A stretch of 64,000 nt of DNA, from NCBI GenBank assembly GCA_965223025.1, contig CBDCVP010000021.1, forward strand, positions 332,920 through 396,919, written 5' to 3'. The DNA is from Saprospiraceae bacterium. GTDB taxonomy: Bacteria > Bacteroidota > Bacteroidia > Chitinophagales > Saprospiraceae. The position numbers and the translations under genes are program-made. Every line of letters starts with the position of its first letter. Positions within the stretch are counted from its first letter, which is position 1. The notes under the pieces were generated by a model. That model saw only the letters and a program-made list of their open reading frames with translations, was not told the DNA's origin and made no database searches. Shown one piece after another: positions 10,002-20,437 of the stretch.

Positions 10002-11054
10002 AAAATAACGTGAATAATGTTTAAGCAGCATCGAGCAATAACTGATTGCTAACCTCTTTAAGTTGTTCAAATTTGAGAGAAGGCTTTTTAGGTAAGAAGT
10101 GGTATGCGCACAGACCGGATAATAGATTGTTCATGAAACCTTGGATAGATCTGTGTCGAGTATGTTCTATGGAGCAGATGTTTGACGATCAACTCATCAT
10201 TGACAGACTCTATGAGCGACCGTTTACGTAGCAATAACTTGTCCTCGTCTGAGAGATTTTGCTTTTTCATGTTTCTTCTTCTTTTGTAAATCAGACTAAT
10301 TCCGTCGTTCCAAAGTAAGTCAGCTAATTTTGTGGATATATATCCTCGGTCACCATAAAGTTTACCAAAGATTGATTGAACTAAACTATTGATTACCTTT
10401 AAGTTGCGGTCATCGGTAGTGGCCTTAGAGAGATAAAACGAAAGCAACTCACCCTTGTCATTGATGATTAGGTGGAGCTTAAAGCCGTAAAACCAACCCA
10501 TTGTACTCTTGCTTTTGGTGGCAATATTTTTGAAAACTCTATGCTGTTTTTCTCTTTTGATATGACAGACTTTTAAGGTGGTGGAATCAATAAAATTGAC
10601 TCCTCTGCTATGGCCAAGACATTGTTGATTTAAGAAGAAGAAAAATGGAATAATGAGTTTTTTCTGAGACTGATTAAAACGCTCATAAGTAACCAGATTT
10701 GGAAATAGATCGATCCAATGCTTGCAGACATAGCCGTTATAGAAAGCCTTAAAATTGGTGTGATGACTCAGGTGGAAGGCAATGTAAATGGTCATCATTT
10801 CGGAGTCAGCAAGCTTGGATTTTCTGTTTCTAATCCGTTTTGAGCCGCTCTGGAGCCTCATAGAGTTGATTTGGTCGTCAAATTCTTTAAAAAAGTCATC
10901 AACTTTGACAAAAATCTCGATAAGTTTATCTATATTCATGAGAGGAGAATTGTTTATTATATGATTGGTTATCAACATTTAATATATTAAACATTCTCCT
11001 ATTTTTATACTATAATCACTGCTTTTTCTTATCCATTATTCACGTTAAAATAAC
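10002..11054 (-). mobile_element. IS982-family insertion sequence, about 1.05 kb, with imperfect terminal inverted repeats
   Basis: The left end (AAAATAACGTGAATAATG at 10002-10019) is the reverse complement of the right end (CATTATTCACGTTAAAAT at 11034-11051). It encloses a single IS982 transposase ORF. Confidence 0.7.
10088..10978 (-). CDS. IS982 family DDE transposase
   Basis: 296 aa. Conserved IS982 blocks are present ([28 protein letters not shown]). Confidence 0.85.
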   Translation of the reverse strand: MLITNHIINNSPLMNIDKLIEIFVKVDDFFKEFDDQINSMRLQSGSKRIRNRKSKLADSEMMTIYIAFHLSHHTNFKAFYNGYVCKHWIDLFPNLVTYERFNQSQKKLIIPFFFFLNQQCLGHSRGVNFIDSTTLKVCHIKREKQHRVFKNIATKSKSTMGWFYGFKLHLIINDKGELLSFYLSKATTDDRNLKVINSLVQSIFGKLYGDRGYISTKLADLLWNDGISLIYKRRRNMKKQNLSDEDKLLLRKRSLIESVNDELIVKHLLHRTYSTQIYPRFHEQSIIRSVRIPLLT

Positions 11055-11239
11055 TCATTTCATGAGTATTGTCCAGTACCAAGGTGGTCTCAGCTGGCCA
11101 GAAAAACCTCGTGATAGTGAGGATCCAAGAAATAGCGATATGGTGAATGTTTACTGTAACTTTGGTTTGTTTTCTGTCAGCCAAAAGAAGAAAGGGATCT
11201 TTGTGCGCTGGCATAGAGACCTATTTCATCAATCAAAGA

Positions 11240-13300
11240 ATGAAAATAATGAGGATATTTCATCTAGCAGTTATAGTAGCCGCCGTATTCTACCTCCTTG
11301 GTGGATGTCTGCATGCGCAGGGCGCTTGGCGAGAGATCGTTACTGTGGAAGACGTGTGTAGATCGCATCCTGGACATATGGAAGCCTTGATGGACCATCT
11401 AGATCTTGGATATCCAGGTCTTGAGAAAGTGAAGGCGGCAGAGGATCGAGGAAACCTCGTGGAAGCATGTACTCATTTATTAGCGTACTACCAGCATGGT
11501 TCAACAGCCCAACACCTAAGGAAAGAACTGCCAGAAGACTCTGATGTTACTGTACCTAGTGCCGATACTACCTTGAAGGACGTGTTCTTTGTTCAGAATG
11601 TAAGAGGACAGGTGCCATACGGCAGCGATGGGCATCGAGATTGGTATTACAAAGGTCCCAATAATGACAGGGAGTGGGCCTGGTTATCTAATCGGCACAG
11701 TCAGATATTGAGTTTGCTTGGCACCTATTTAGATACCGGTAATCCTAAATATGCAGTTTACATAGACCTCTTTTTGCGAGATTTTATCATAAAAAGCATG
11801 CCGTATCCGAATGCCAAGGGGCACAACTCGATATGGCGCGGTTTAGAAGTCGCTGCACGTGCTAAGGTATGGTCACGTATTTTTTTCGGTTTGCTCAATA
11901 GTAAGTATTTGTCACCGGCTACGCAGTTGCTCATGTTGAGCAGTTTGCCAGATCATGCACACTACAACAGGAATTTTCATGGAGGTAATAACTGGCTCAC
12001 CATGGAGATCTCGGCATTAGCAACGGTTGCTACCAATTTTCCGGAGTACAAAGCCTCTGGTGACTGGCTGGATTATTCCATTAGCACTATGGTAGAAAGT
12101 ATGAAAGGACAGGTATATGCCGACGGCGTACAAACGGAGCTTACCTCGCACTACCACAATGTCTCTTTGCGAAATTTTGAGTTGTTCAAAAACATCTGTG
12201 ATCGGTCGGGAAAAAAGCTCCCTGATTTTTATACTCAGACGATTGAGGATATGTACAGCTATATTGCCCATGCGATGAGACCCGATGGCTTTCGCATTCT
12301 TAACAACGATGGAGATCGTGGCAGTGACCGTCCATTAATCTTGCAGGGAGCAGAAAATTTTGACAAGGACGATTGGACATATATAGCCACCAACGGTACC
12401 ACAGGAACAAGGCCGGCATCTGGCCCATCCTTTTTTTATCCTTGGGCGGGTCAGCTGATCTCACGCAGTGGATATGACAACCAGGCTCATTGGTCTTTTT
12501 TTGATATAGGACCATGGGGGAGTGGTCATCAGCACAACGATAAACTGCATTTGTCCCTAGCCGCTTTTGGTCGAGATATATTGGTGGATGCAGGACGATT
12601 TGCTTACACTGGGGAGACCGCAAGAAAATTTAGAAATTATGCACAGAGCAGTGCAGCGCACAATCTCATTTTACTGGATCAACAAGGTCAGGGTCCAGGT
12701 TCTAAACTCGCTGATGAGCCACTTGGTGACCATCATTGGACAATCACCGAAGCCTTTGATTATGCTTCAAATTCGTTTTCAGCCTTTGAGGACCTTGACG
12801 GGGAGGTAGAACATATTCGATCACTTTTTTACGTTCGGGGAGCTTTTTGGGTAGTCGTTGATCGAATCATCACGGATAGACCTCGTATGGTGGAAGCCTT
12901 TTGGCACTGGCATCCTGATTGTGTAGTAGAGAAGCATGGAAGTACAGTCCAGACAAATAATGATCATGGTAACTTGGCAATCATACCACTGAGTGATCAT
13001 AATTTTGAAGTGGATTTCATCAAAGGACAAGAAAGTCCCCATCCGCAGGGATGGTACAGCCCAGAGTACAATATTTTCGAACCGAATGTGGCCAGTCGCT
13101 TTTCAACCCACATCGAGGGCACTGCTACCATTGTCTGGCTGCTACTGCCCGCAGAGCATCAAATTCCAGCAATGACAGCAGAGATCGTAGATGATAATGA
13201 TGATGTTGTACTGAAAATTCATGACGAAACCGATCGATGGCAGCTCAAAATTCCTTTTAATCGCAGCCAAGATGCTGAAATGATACACCATCATGATTAA
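11240..13300 (+). CDS. Heparinase II/III-like polysaccharide lyase family protein (alginate-lyase-like N-domain plus Hepar_II_III C-domain), secreted
   Basis: Signal peptide from Met at 11240 (MKIMRIFHLAVIVAAVFYLLGGC). The ORF-track start at 11147 is probably too far upstream. GHQHNDKLHLSLAAFGRDILVDAGRFAY is the characteristic heparinase II/III block. Confidence 0.65.
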   Translation: MKIMRIFHLAVIVAAVFYLLGGCLHAQGAWREIVTVEDVCRSHPGHMEALMDHLDLGYPGLEKVKAAEDRGNLVEACTHLLAYYQHGSTAQHLRKELPEDSDVTVPSADTTLKDVFFVQNVRGQVPYGSDGHRDWYYKGPNNDREWAWLSNRHSQILSLLGTYLDTGNPKYAVYIDLFLRDFIIKSMPYPNAKGHNSIWRGLEVAARAKVWSRIFFGLLNSKYLSPATQLLMLSSLPDHAHYNRNFHGGNNWLTMEISALATVATNFPEYKASGDWLDYSISTMVESMKGQVYADGVQTELTSHYHNVSLRNFELFKNICDRSGKKLPDFYTQTIEDMYSYIAHAMRPDGFRILNNDGDRGSDRPLILQGAENFDKDDWTYIATNGTTGTRPASGPSFFYPWAGQLISRSGYDNQAHWSFFDIGPWGSGHQHNDKLHLSLAAFGRDILVDAGRFAYTGETARKFRNYAQSSAAHNLILLDQQGQGPGSKLADEPLGDHHWTITEAFDYASNSFSAFEDLDGEVEHIRSLFYVRGAFWVVVDRIITDRPRMVEAFWHWHPDCVVEKHGSTVQTNNDHGNLAIIPLSDHNFEVDFIKGQESPHPQGWYSPEYNIFEPNVASRFSTHIEGTATIVWLLLPAEHQIPAMTAEIVDDNDDVVLKIHDETDRWQLKIPFNRSQDAEMIHHHD

Positions 13301-13632
13301 TCAGGTCGTCCATTCAGATATTAGGGATCAGAATGTACTAGTCCGATTGTCGGTAGTTTGCTCTCTCAGACTACATGAAGAAACTTTGTCGGACATTTCC
13401 TGAACAACATTCTCCACCACAATCTTGTTGTGGGATTGTCGGGTGGTTTAACGGCCCTGGATAAAAAAAATCGTAGAAGTAGAATGTATGTAGATTAACA
13501 GATTGATGTCATTAAAAAGGACCTAACCGTGCCTTCATTCGAGATTTGGACGTCGATCGAGTTGATGGAATGCGCTTGAAGAAAGGGAACGTTTACTCCG
13601 ATTGTCCCACTTGTACTTGTAGCTCAGGAAGA

Positions 13633-14205
13633 ATGAAGAAGAAAGAGTATTACCATACAAAGGAGTCTGTTGAAGAGTATATTAAACTTGCCAAAGATGT
13701 AAATGGGCGGCAACTGATTGCAAGATTCGCTGAGTTTGTCCATAGTGGTTCCACTGTGCTAGAAATTGGATCGGGTCCTGGTACAGACTGGGGTATCTTA
13801 TCTGAAAAATATGAAGTTATTGGATCTGATAATTCTTTGATTTTCTTAGACCATTTGCAAGTTGAACACCCTGAAGGAGTCTTTATCCAATTGGACGCTG
13901 CGACCCTAGAGACTACTAGAAGTTTTGACGGTATTTTTTCCAACAAGGTTATGCATCATTTGACCGACGATGAACTTGCTAGCTCGGCTGAAAGACAACA
14001 TGATATATTGAACGAAGATGGAGTGATCTGTCATTCGTTTTGGAAAGGGGATGGCTCAGAATGGTTTAAAGGTCTTTTTGTCAACTATCACGAGATCAAG
14101 AGCCTTCGAGAAATTTTCCAGAAATATTTTGATATCATCTCGATAGAACCTTATGCGGAATTTGAACAAGATGATTCACTATTGTTGATCGGACGGAGAA
14201 TATAA
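13633..14205 (+). CDS. Class I SAM-dependent methyltransferase
   Basis: Motif I VLEIGSGPGTD and the downstream acidic motif. Start chosen at the internal Met (MKKKEYYH). The ORF track begins at 13546. Confidence 0.6.
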   Translation: MKKKEYYHTKESVEEYIKLAKDVNGRQLIARFAEFVHSGSTVLEIGSGPGTDWGILSEKYEVIGSDNSLIFLDHLQVEHPEGVFIQLDAATLETTRSFDGIFSNKVMHHLTDDELASSAERQHDILNEDGVICHSFWKGDGSEWFKGLFVNYHEIKSLREIFQKYFDIISIEPYAEFEQDDSLLLIGRRI

Positions 14206-14273
14206 GAAGAGATCTAAGACACTTATCCATGTGTAATTCCTTGTCTTGCCGACGTGGAGTATAACCGGTGTCC

Positions 14274-15656
14274 TTAATTTTGGACATCCATTGTTCCTGT
14301 GTTTTCGAAGGTAGAGTTGGCTTCCACTTCAAAGGGTGTGCCCATCATCATGGCCGTGGCTGTGTTCCCTTCGTTGACAAATGAAGCTCCATCTACAATC
14401 AGAATGCCATTGATCCCATTAAGGCAACTTAAGTTAGCATTCAAGAAGTTTCGTAGGAGAGCGGTGCTGATAGAAATGCCAAGAGCAGTTTCGGTGATCG
14501 TAATATCACCTTTGTTTTCTATACATCCATCCTGTGAAAGTATGCCCGTTTGCGAGATATTGATTTCTAAAGAGCCATCGTTCTCCAGCATGGCACCGGG
14601 ACCGATCAGGAGACCTGATTCTGTATCAACTGAATCTATTTTGATCTCACCCAGGTTGGTCAAAGTATCCTCTGCAATGATGTAGATGGCATTTGCATTT
14701 CCCTGCACATCGGCAACATGTAAATAGGCATTCGAAGTGTTAAAAAAAGAACCACCAATTCGAATGCCATCGTCGGTCAGGTTTCTAAAAACCATCGTAT
14801 CACTGTTTGTGGCCGCTCCGTTGGAGAAACAACCGACGGCATTGCCACTAAGCCGTTCACCAAATACTAGGTTATTATTTTGAAAAGTGGCGTCTTTCAC
14901 AACACGTATTGCACCTTGGGCATTGATGAGGTGCATGGTGCCGTGGTTGGTAAAGTTAGAGGAGTCCAGTAGTTCTATGGATCTTCCACTGGTGTCGACC
15001 TCAATCTCTCCATTGTTCACAAAGGAAGTGCCTTCGTGCCGGTTGATAATACCCATGGTCAGTACATCGTGGATATAGATACTTCCATCGTTAGAAAAGG
15101 TGTGGAAGTTTTCGATGGAGGCATCTTGTTGCAGACTTCCACTCATATTTTTACATTCAATTTCAGCGGCAAGTGTGTTTTCAAAACGCCCGTAGTTGAC
15201 GATACCTTTTCGAGAATTACGAATGCGAATGCTCCCGTTGATCTGTATTTGTGTCGTGGATGGTGCCGCATAGAGCCCCACTCTACATTCTTCAATGAAA
15301 ACCTGTCCATTATTCGTTAAAAATGCGTTGACAATTTGAATGCCAGTATCATTTTGAGCAATCAACAGCTCTGGTTTTACCACCAATGTGGCCGGTTGGA
15401 AAATCACCAACCCAGCTGTATCAGTACCCATGGTCTTGATCTTAAGCAATTTGGCTCGAGCAATGCCGTTTTGTATGATGACGGTGTCATGCTCTATGAC
15501 GACAGTGTCATTACTGGTCGGAATGCAGTTGCAATCCCAGTTGGTGGCCACATTCCAGGATCCAATACCTTTAGCTGTCCACTTAATGATCTGCTGGGCA
15601 GAAAGGTGCATTGTCCAAAGGATTAGTGTGGGGAGGATACAGTACTTGATTTTCAT
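14274..15656 (-). CDS. Secreted repetitive beta-rich (beta-helix-like) protein of unknown function
   Basis: Signal peptide (MKIKYCILPTLILWTMHLSAQQ). Gly/Asn/Thr-rich repeats. No recognisable T9SS CTD. Confidence 0.4.
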   Translation of the reverse strand: MKIKYCILPTLILWTMHLSAQQIIKWTAKGIGSWNVATNWDCNCIPTSNDTVVIEHDTVIIQNGIARAKLLKIKTMGTDTAGLVIFQPATLVVKPELLIAQNDTGIQIVNAFLTNNGQVFIEECRVGLYAAPSTTQIQINGSIRIRNSRKGIVNYGRFENTLAAEIECKNMSGSLQQDASIENFHTFSNDGSIYIHDVLTMGIINRHEGTSFVNNGEIEVDTSGRSIELLDSSNFTNHGTMHLINAQGAIRVVKDATFQNNNLVFGERLSGNAVGCFSNGAATNSDTMVFRNLTDDGIRIGGSFFNTSNAYLHVADVQGNANAIYIIAEDTLTNLGEIKIDSVDTESGLLIGPGAMLENDGSLEINISQTGILSQDGCIENKGDITITETALGISISTALLRNFLNANLSCLNGINGILIVDGASFVNEGNTATAMMMGTPFEVEANSTFENTGTMDVQN

Positions 15657-16019
15657 GGCTTCTATTTTTGAATCATCTAACCATTGCTTACAATGCAGAT
15701 CAACGGATCATGAGATCTAGGAAAGAACAATGTGATTGATCGTGCATGTCTGCACAAACATAACTGCCCATCCGATTGATGAACCCATCCCTTGGGATAG
15801 TTTTGGTTTGCAAGGAGATGCTTTAGACCCGGATTGATTTAGAAATGTTGATTGGTCAAATGACTCAGTTGGCAGCATCATCTCCCGTGATGAGAAGGGC
15901 ATTCTTGGGCCTACCGACTGGATTTGGCTAAGTGCCTATGAGATGGTCCACGGCAACTATGATGGATAACGGGATTCGAATGAGTTAATCACTGCCATGT
16001 CACTGGCAATGCAATATTT

Positions 16020-16664
16020 TTATATTCCTAATTCCTTTAGACCAGCGTCGACTAATCCCGCCCTGATTTTTTTCGAAAACTTGGATATAAATTTGACTTG
16101 TTGATATTTGCGTTCAAATCTTGGAATGAGTTCGATGAGGTCTTTGGTATAAGGTTTTTGCAATGCCCGCAGTCCGAAACCGATTTTTTCACCAGTGCTC
16201 ATCGATTTTTGCCATTGTCCGATGTCTGCCAAGAGGACCTCGATATGACGGGTGTTCTGATCGGCATATTTTTGCACATATCGTGCACCCTTTTTTGGGT
16301 TTACGATGCGCAAAGCCTCGTCCATCATTTGTACAAGGCTGCTGGCTAGGGTGTCCATTTTTTGTTCTGGATGTGCCTCATCAGTCATTACCATACGTTC
16401 TAAGGCCTGGTGATGCATACTGAGATTTCGAGTTTGCTTGGCCACTCCACAGCTAGAAAGTACTATGGTGGAGATGATGACCAGTCCCAGTGGACGAATT
16501 ACGGAGAGACAGTAGTTGATTCCATTCCCTACTTGCCATACGTAGCGTTGCAGGAGCCGTAACACCATAGACATACGTGTGCCATATACAACGTTTGGAC
16601 GCCACTGACGATAAAGGTGCTTACCTTTCCATGTGATAATCTCATAATTATTCCACATCTTCAA
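16020..16664 (-). CDS. Hypothetical lipoprotein
   Basis: Internal lipobox-like segment (LVIISTIVLSSCGV). The true start may be the Met near 16574. No family recognised. Confidence 0.3.
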   Translation of the reverse strand: MKMWNNYEIITWKGKHLYRQWRPNVVYGTRMSMVLRLLQRYVWQVGNGINYCLSVIRPLGLVIISTIVLSSCGVAKQTRNLSMHHQALERMVMTDEAHPEQKMDTLASSLVQMMDEALRIVNPKKGARYVQKYADQNTRHIEVLLADIGQWQKSMSTGEKIGFGLRALQKPYTKDLIELIPRFERKYQQVKFISKFSKKIRAGLVDAGLKELGI

Positions 16665-17219
16665 AAGATCGTGCCATAGATGATGATTTCTTAGTTGCCT
16701 GGTTGCGGATAAATATAATGTTTTCGAGGAGTTTGTTGTTGGATTTGATGTGACCTGCCAGTCAAGATTTGCTAGGAAGATCGTTAGCTGGATGAAACCT
16801 AAAACCTAAGCAGTTCGATACTGTTGCTCTGCGCTCTCCTGCGATTAGTCACCGCACCTCGAGTGGATTTTGAGCAATCTGCGGAGAGGGACTTGGGCAA
16901 GGAAAAATTTGAAAATTGTAGCTGCCTCCTCAATGGGAATCTGCTTATTTGGAATCACTGAATAAGGATTAATGAGAGATCATACCCTGTCAGCATCTTT
17001 TCGGCACTTAGTTCATTGGAGAACATCGACTGTCGATGAAAAGACCGATATTGAAGCCCTAATATCTGCCAAGATGTAGCCGTATAGGATGATAGATACA
17101 TATACGAAGCATGGTCTGGGGGGTCACAGTAGAAGGATACCATCTTTTGAAGAAGATCTTTGGTTCTCGTCAGGAATGAAATATCATGATCTCGGTCCAT
17201 TGTCTCAAAGCACGATAGC

Positions 17220-17558
17220 ATGAAGTACAGCGTATATGTCATTGAATTATCCAGGCGTGTTTTTACTGAGCATGGGAAATTTCGGTCGGCCAATCCTCAA
17301 TACAATGGTGTACTAGAGTGCTTGTACGTGGGGATGACCAGTAAAACGCCAAAGGAGCGATTCCTTCAACACAAGAATGGTTATAGAAATCGAAGTGGCC
17401 ACAAATTGTCTTCAAGTATTGTGCAGAAATATGGCATGTTCCTTCGCCCCAGTCTCTACCATCATTTGTCACCTACCTCCAGATCGGAAGCGCTTAAGAT
17501 GGAGAAGGAGCTTGCCATGACTCTGAGAAGGAAACGCTATGCAGTATGGTATAACTAA
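17220..17558 (+). CDS. Stand-alone GIY-YIG nuclease-domain protein
   Basis: 112 aa. It has YSVYVIEL (GIY-like) and LYVGMTS (YIG-like) motifs plus a downstream ERFLQH (Arg/His catalytic-like) element. Confidence 0.45.
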   Translation: MKYSVYVIELSRRVFTEHGKFRSANPQYNGVLECLYVGMTSKTPKERFLQHKNGYRNRSGHKLSSSIVQKYGMFLRPSLYHHLSPTSRSEALKMEKELAMTLRRKRYAVWYN

Positions 17559-17848
17559 GTAATGTCAGATCATTGCTACGGACATGTTAGAAGCATTCAA
17601 CATCCAGTTAGAAGACCTGTCGTATGTGTATTTCTTTGCCGTTCTGGAAGCGTTTCGGAGGCTCATTTCGTATCTTTGGGAAGGTCTATGACAGGTGTCA
17701 GATGAGAGGTTGGCAGGTGCTGTATAATGTTTTGCCAAGAGAAAACCACATGCTCCAATGATGTGTCTTAAAGGACACTGGTGAAGGCCCGTGATAGAGC
17801 TATGAGCCGATCAAGTAGCAGATAGATACTAACCTAAATCAAAATACC

Positions 17849-19234
17849 ATGTCAACTTCTCGCTGTCTATATCTGTATCTGTTTCTAGCCATGACAACCA
17901 TTGTTCTTTCATGTCAGCCACAAGCTGTGCAACGAGAAGCTACGCTGGTAGATCCTTTGCCAACCGATAAGATGAGATGGTGGAAAGAGGCCCGGTTTGG
18001 CATGTTCATTCACTGGGGGCTCTATGCCATCCCGGCGGGAGAGTATAAGGGCAAAAAAACCGATCATGTTGCGGAATGGATTATGCATCATCTGCAGATT
18101 CCCGTGGCAGAATATGAAGAATTTGCCAAACAGTTTAATCCGGTCAAATTTGACGCAGAGCAATGGGTGTCCATAGCAAAAGATGCAGGGATGAAATACA
18201 TCATCATTACATCCAAACATCACGATGGCTTCTGCCTTTGGGATTCGAAAGTGACCGAGTATGACATCATGGATGCCTCACCATTTAAAAGGGATATCTT
18301 GGAGGAGCTTGCAGATGAATGTCAAAAGGCCGGGATCAGACTGGGGTTTTACCACTCCATTATGGACTGGCATCATCCACAGGCTCAGGCAATTTGGGAA
18401 CCAAACTATAACAGGTCAAGAAATGACAGTTTGACAAATCCTGAGTTTCCCAAGTATTTTCAGCAGTATCTAAAACCGCAAGTAAAGGAACTGCTGACAA
18501 AATATGATGATATAAGCGTGATGTGGTTTGATGGAGAATGGGTGCCCTCTTACACGACCGAAATGGGCAAGGAGTTGTATCAGTCCGTCGGTGACTATGA
18601 TCCAACCATCATTATCAACAATAGGGTGGACAAGGGACGTCAGGGTATGAGTGGGTTTAATGCAGAAGGTCATTTCGTGGGCGATTTTGGAACCCCCGAG
18701 CAGGAGATCCCCGATAGAGGGATACCGGATAGTGACTGGGAATCTTGTATGACGATGAATGATACCTGGGGCTTCAACAAGGATGATCATCATTGGAAGT
18801 CTGCAGAAGAGCTGCTGCACAATTTGATCGATATCGCCTCTAAGGGAGGAAATTTTCTTTTAAACGTTGGACCGACAGCTGAGGGTGAAATTCCTGCACC
18901 TAGTGTCGAGCGGCTGAGCAAGATAGGTGATTGGGTATCAACCCATGGAGAATCGATCTACGGTACGACTGCGAGCCCCTTCGAAAAACCATCATGGGGT
19001 CGTTTTACTAAGAAGGGCAATAGGGTGTATGCGCATGTTTTTGCCTACCCCGATAGTGGTCGGCTGTCCTTGCCATCTTCCGATCTTTTTCCAGTAAGAA
19101 AGGCTGCGATGTTGGGAGATGGACAAAATGAACGTATCGATGTAAATGATACTGGCCATAGCCAGATGCTGACCCTGCCTGAAAAGTACAGGGATCACAC
19201 AGTGCCAGTGATCGTTTTTGATCTGAAATCATAG
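17849..19234 (+). CDS. Alpha-L-fucosidase (GH29), lipoprotein-type signal
   Basis: The blocks RFGMFIHWGLYAIP, HHDGFCLWDS and GFYHSIMDWHH are diagnostic of GH29. Confidence 0.85.
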   Translation: MSTSRCLYLYLFLAMTTIVLSCQPQAVQREATLVDPLPTDKMRWWKEARFGMFIHWGLYAIPAGEYKGKKTDHVAEWIMHHLQIPVAEYEEFAKQFNPVKFDAEQWVSIAKDAGMKYIIITSKHHDGFCLWDSKVTEYDIMDASPFKRDILEELADECQKAGIRLGFYHSIMDWHHPQAQAIWEPNYNRSRNDSLTNPEFPKYFQQYLKPQVKELLTKYDDISVMWFDGEWVPSYTTEMGKELYQSVGDYDPTIIINNRVDKGRQGMSGFNAEGHFVGDFGTPEQEIPDRGIPDSDWESCMTMNDTWGFNKDDHHWKSAEELLHNLIDIASKGGNFLLNVGPTAEGEIPAPSVERLSKIGDWVSTHGESIYGTTASPFEKPSWGRFTKKGNRVYAHVFAYPDSGRLSLPSSDLFPVRKAAMLGDGQNERIDVNDTGHSQMLTLPEKYRDHTVPVIVFDLKS

Positions 19235-19372
19235 GTCAGTAACCATCCTGGTCTTGCATCGGTAGGAACCATTTGGAACATGACTTCCATACTAATCTGG
19301 AGAAGTTTAACTTGTGTACTAGAATCGCATGAGAAATGACGACGTACTTACGATGGAAATTAAACCGATGGT

Positions 19373-19858
19373 ATGAGAAAAGGTAGCATGATGATATGGC
19401 TATTGATAGGTTTTTGCGTTCACTCAATCGCGCAGGATAAGGTGGGATCCCCGATGACTGTCGGTGAACAGACATTCCTTGAACATGCTAGTGAATGCCT
19501 GACACTGATTGAGCGGGCGGCCCAGGAGATTCCGATCACTGGTGTGGCGATGATTGCATTTATTCCTGGGGAGCGAACGGAGTCCTGGGTATCGAGAATG
19601 AAGGTAGTAGGAAAGCTCGCTGATGCGAAAGTTAATCTACTTGGAATTGCCAATGCCAAGGCAGCTGAAATGGCGGTGACATTAAAGGACAGTGGCAACC
19701 CGGCTCGAAAGGAGATTCGAGGGGAATTTGGCTATCGCGGCGGAGTGATCCGAAAAGTTGATGGTGGATACTTGGTAGGGGCATTTTCAGGAGGGAGCTC
19801 ACAAGATGACGTGGATGTAACCGTGATCGGATTGGATTGGTTGACTAAGCAGTATTAG
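19373..19858 (+). CDS. GlcG/HbpS-like heme-binding protein (DUF336), secreted
   Basis: Signal peptide. GEFGYRGGVIRKVDGGYLVGAFSGGSSQDD matches the DUF336 core. Confidence 0.55.
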   Translation: MRKGSMMIWLLIGFCVHSIAQDKVGSPMTVGEQTFLEHASECLTLIERAAQEIPITGVAMIAFIPGERTESWVSRMKVVGKLADAKVNLLGIANAKAAEMAVTLKDSGNPARKEIRGEFGYRGGVIRKVDGGYLVGAFSGGSSQDDVDVTVIGLDWLTKQY

Positions 19859-19861
19859 CAG

Positions 19862-20437
19862 GTGAGGCTGACAGGAAGAAATAGTTCCATCTGGCAGCCG
19901 AGCCTTGAAGATGAACTTGTGAGTTTGCTTCCTTTGGAGGATGCACACCGGGATGCATTGTTTGCAGTGGCTTCCGATCCCTTGATTTGGTCACAGCACC
20001 CTGCAAAGGTGCGAAGTACACGCACGGGTTTTGACACTTTTTTTGAAGAATCTATGGCGTCGGGAGGTGCACTTTTGATCAAGGACAAGAAGCACGGCCG
20101 GGTCATTGGCAGCTCGAGATTTCACAAGTTGCCGGGAGTAGAAGATAAGATTGAGATTGGCTGGACCTTTTTAGGTAGGGCGCATTGGGGAGGCATCTAT
20201 AACGGATCCGTTAAGCGCTTGATGATAGACTATGCTTTTCATCATGTAGAGGAAGTCCTACTTTTCATTGATGCTGAGAATTTGCGATCCCAAAGGGCTG
20301 CGGAGAAGATTGGGGCTGTGCAAGTTTTTGACAGGGAGTTGCTCAAATCCGCTGGAAAATCAATGGATACACTGATCTATCATATCCAGAAGTCATCAAA
20401 TGCTAATATGCGTGATATGGAATTTTGGAAAGGTTGA
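19862..20437 (+). CDS. GNAT family N-acetyltransferase (RimJ/RimL-like)
   Basis: Acetyltransf_3-like pattern (IGWTFLGRAHWGGIYNGSVKRLMIDYAF). Confidence 0.6.
   Translation: MRLTGRNSSIWQPSLEDELVSLLPLEDAHRDALFAVASDPLIWSQHPAKVRSTRTGFDTFFEESMASGGALLIKDKKHGRVIGSSRFHKLPGVEDKIEIGWTFLGRAHWGGIYNGSVKRLMIDYAFHHVEEVLLFIDAENLRSQRAAEKIGAVQVFDRELLKSAGKSMDTLIYHIQKSSNANMRDMEFWKG

Noticed and set aside
9939-10070. N-terminal extension of the GHL10-like ORF (ORF track 8868-10070)
   Set aside because: The extension reads into the IS982 terminal repeat. The internal Met at 9938 starts a proper lipoprotein signal peptide, so the extension is an artefact of the IS insertion.
11147-11239. Upstream 31-codon extension of the heparinase-like ORF
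   Set aside because: A signal peptide begins at the Met at 11240. The extension has no features and starts within about 90 bp of the IS end.
13405-13437. CCACCACAATCTTGTTGTGGGATTGTCGGGTGG inverted repeat between the lyase and the methyltransferase
   Set aside because: No following T-run and an imperfect stem. Insufficient to call a terminator or an operator.
16955-17293. 112-aa minus-strand ORF overlapping the start of the GIY-YIG gene
   Set aside because: No motifs. It overlaps a gene with recognisable domain motifs. Likely non-coding.
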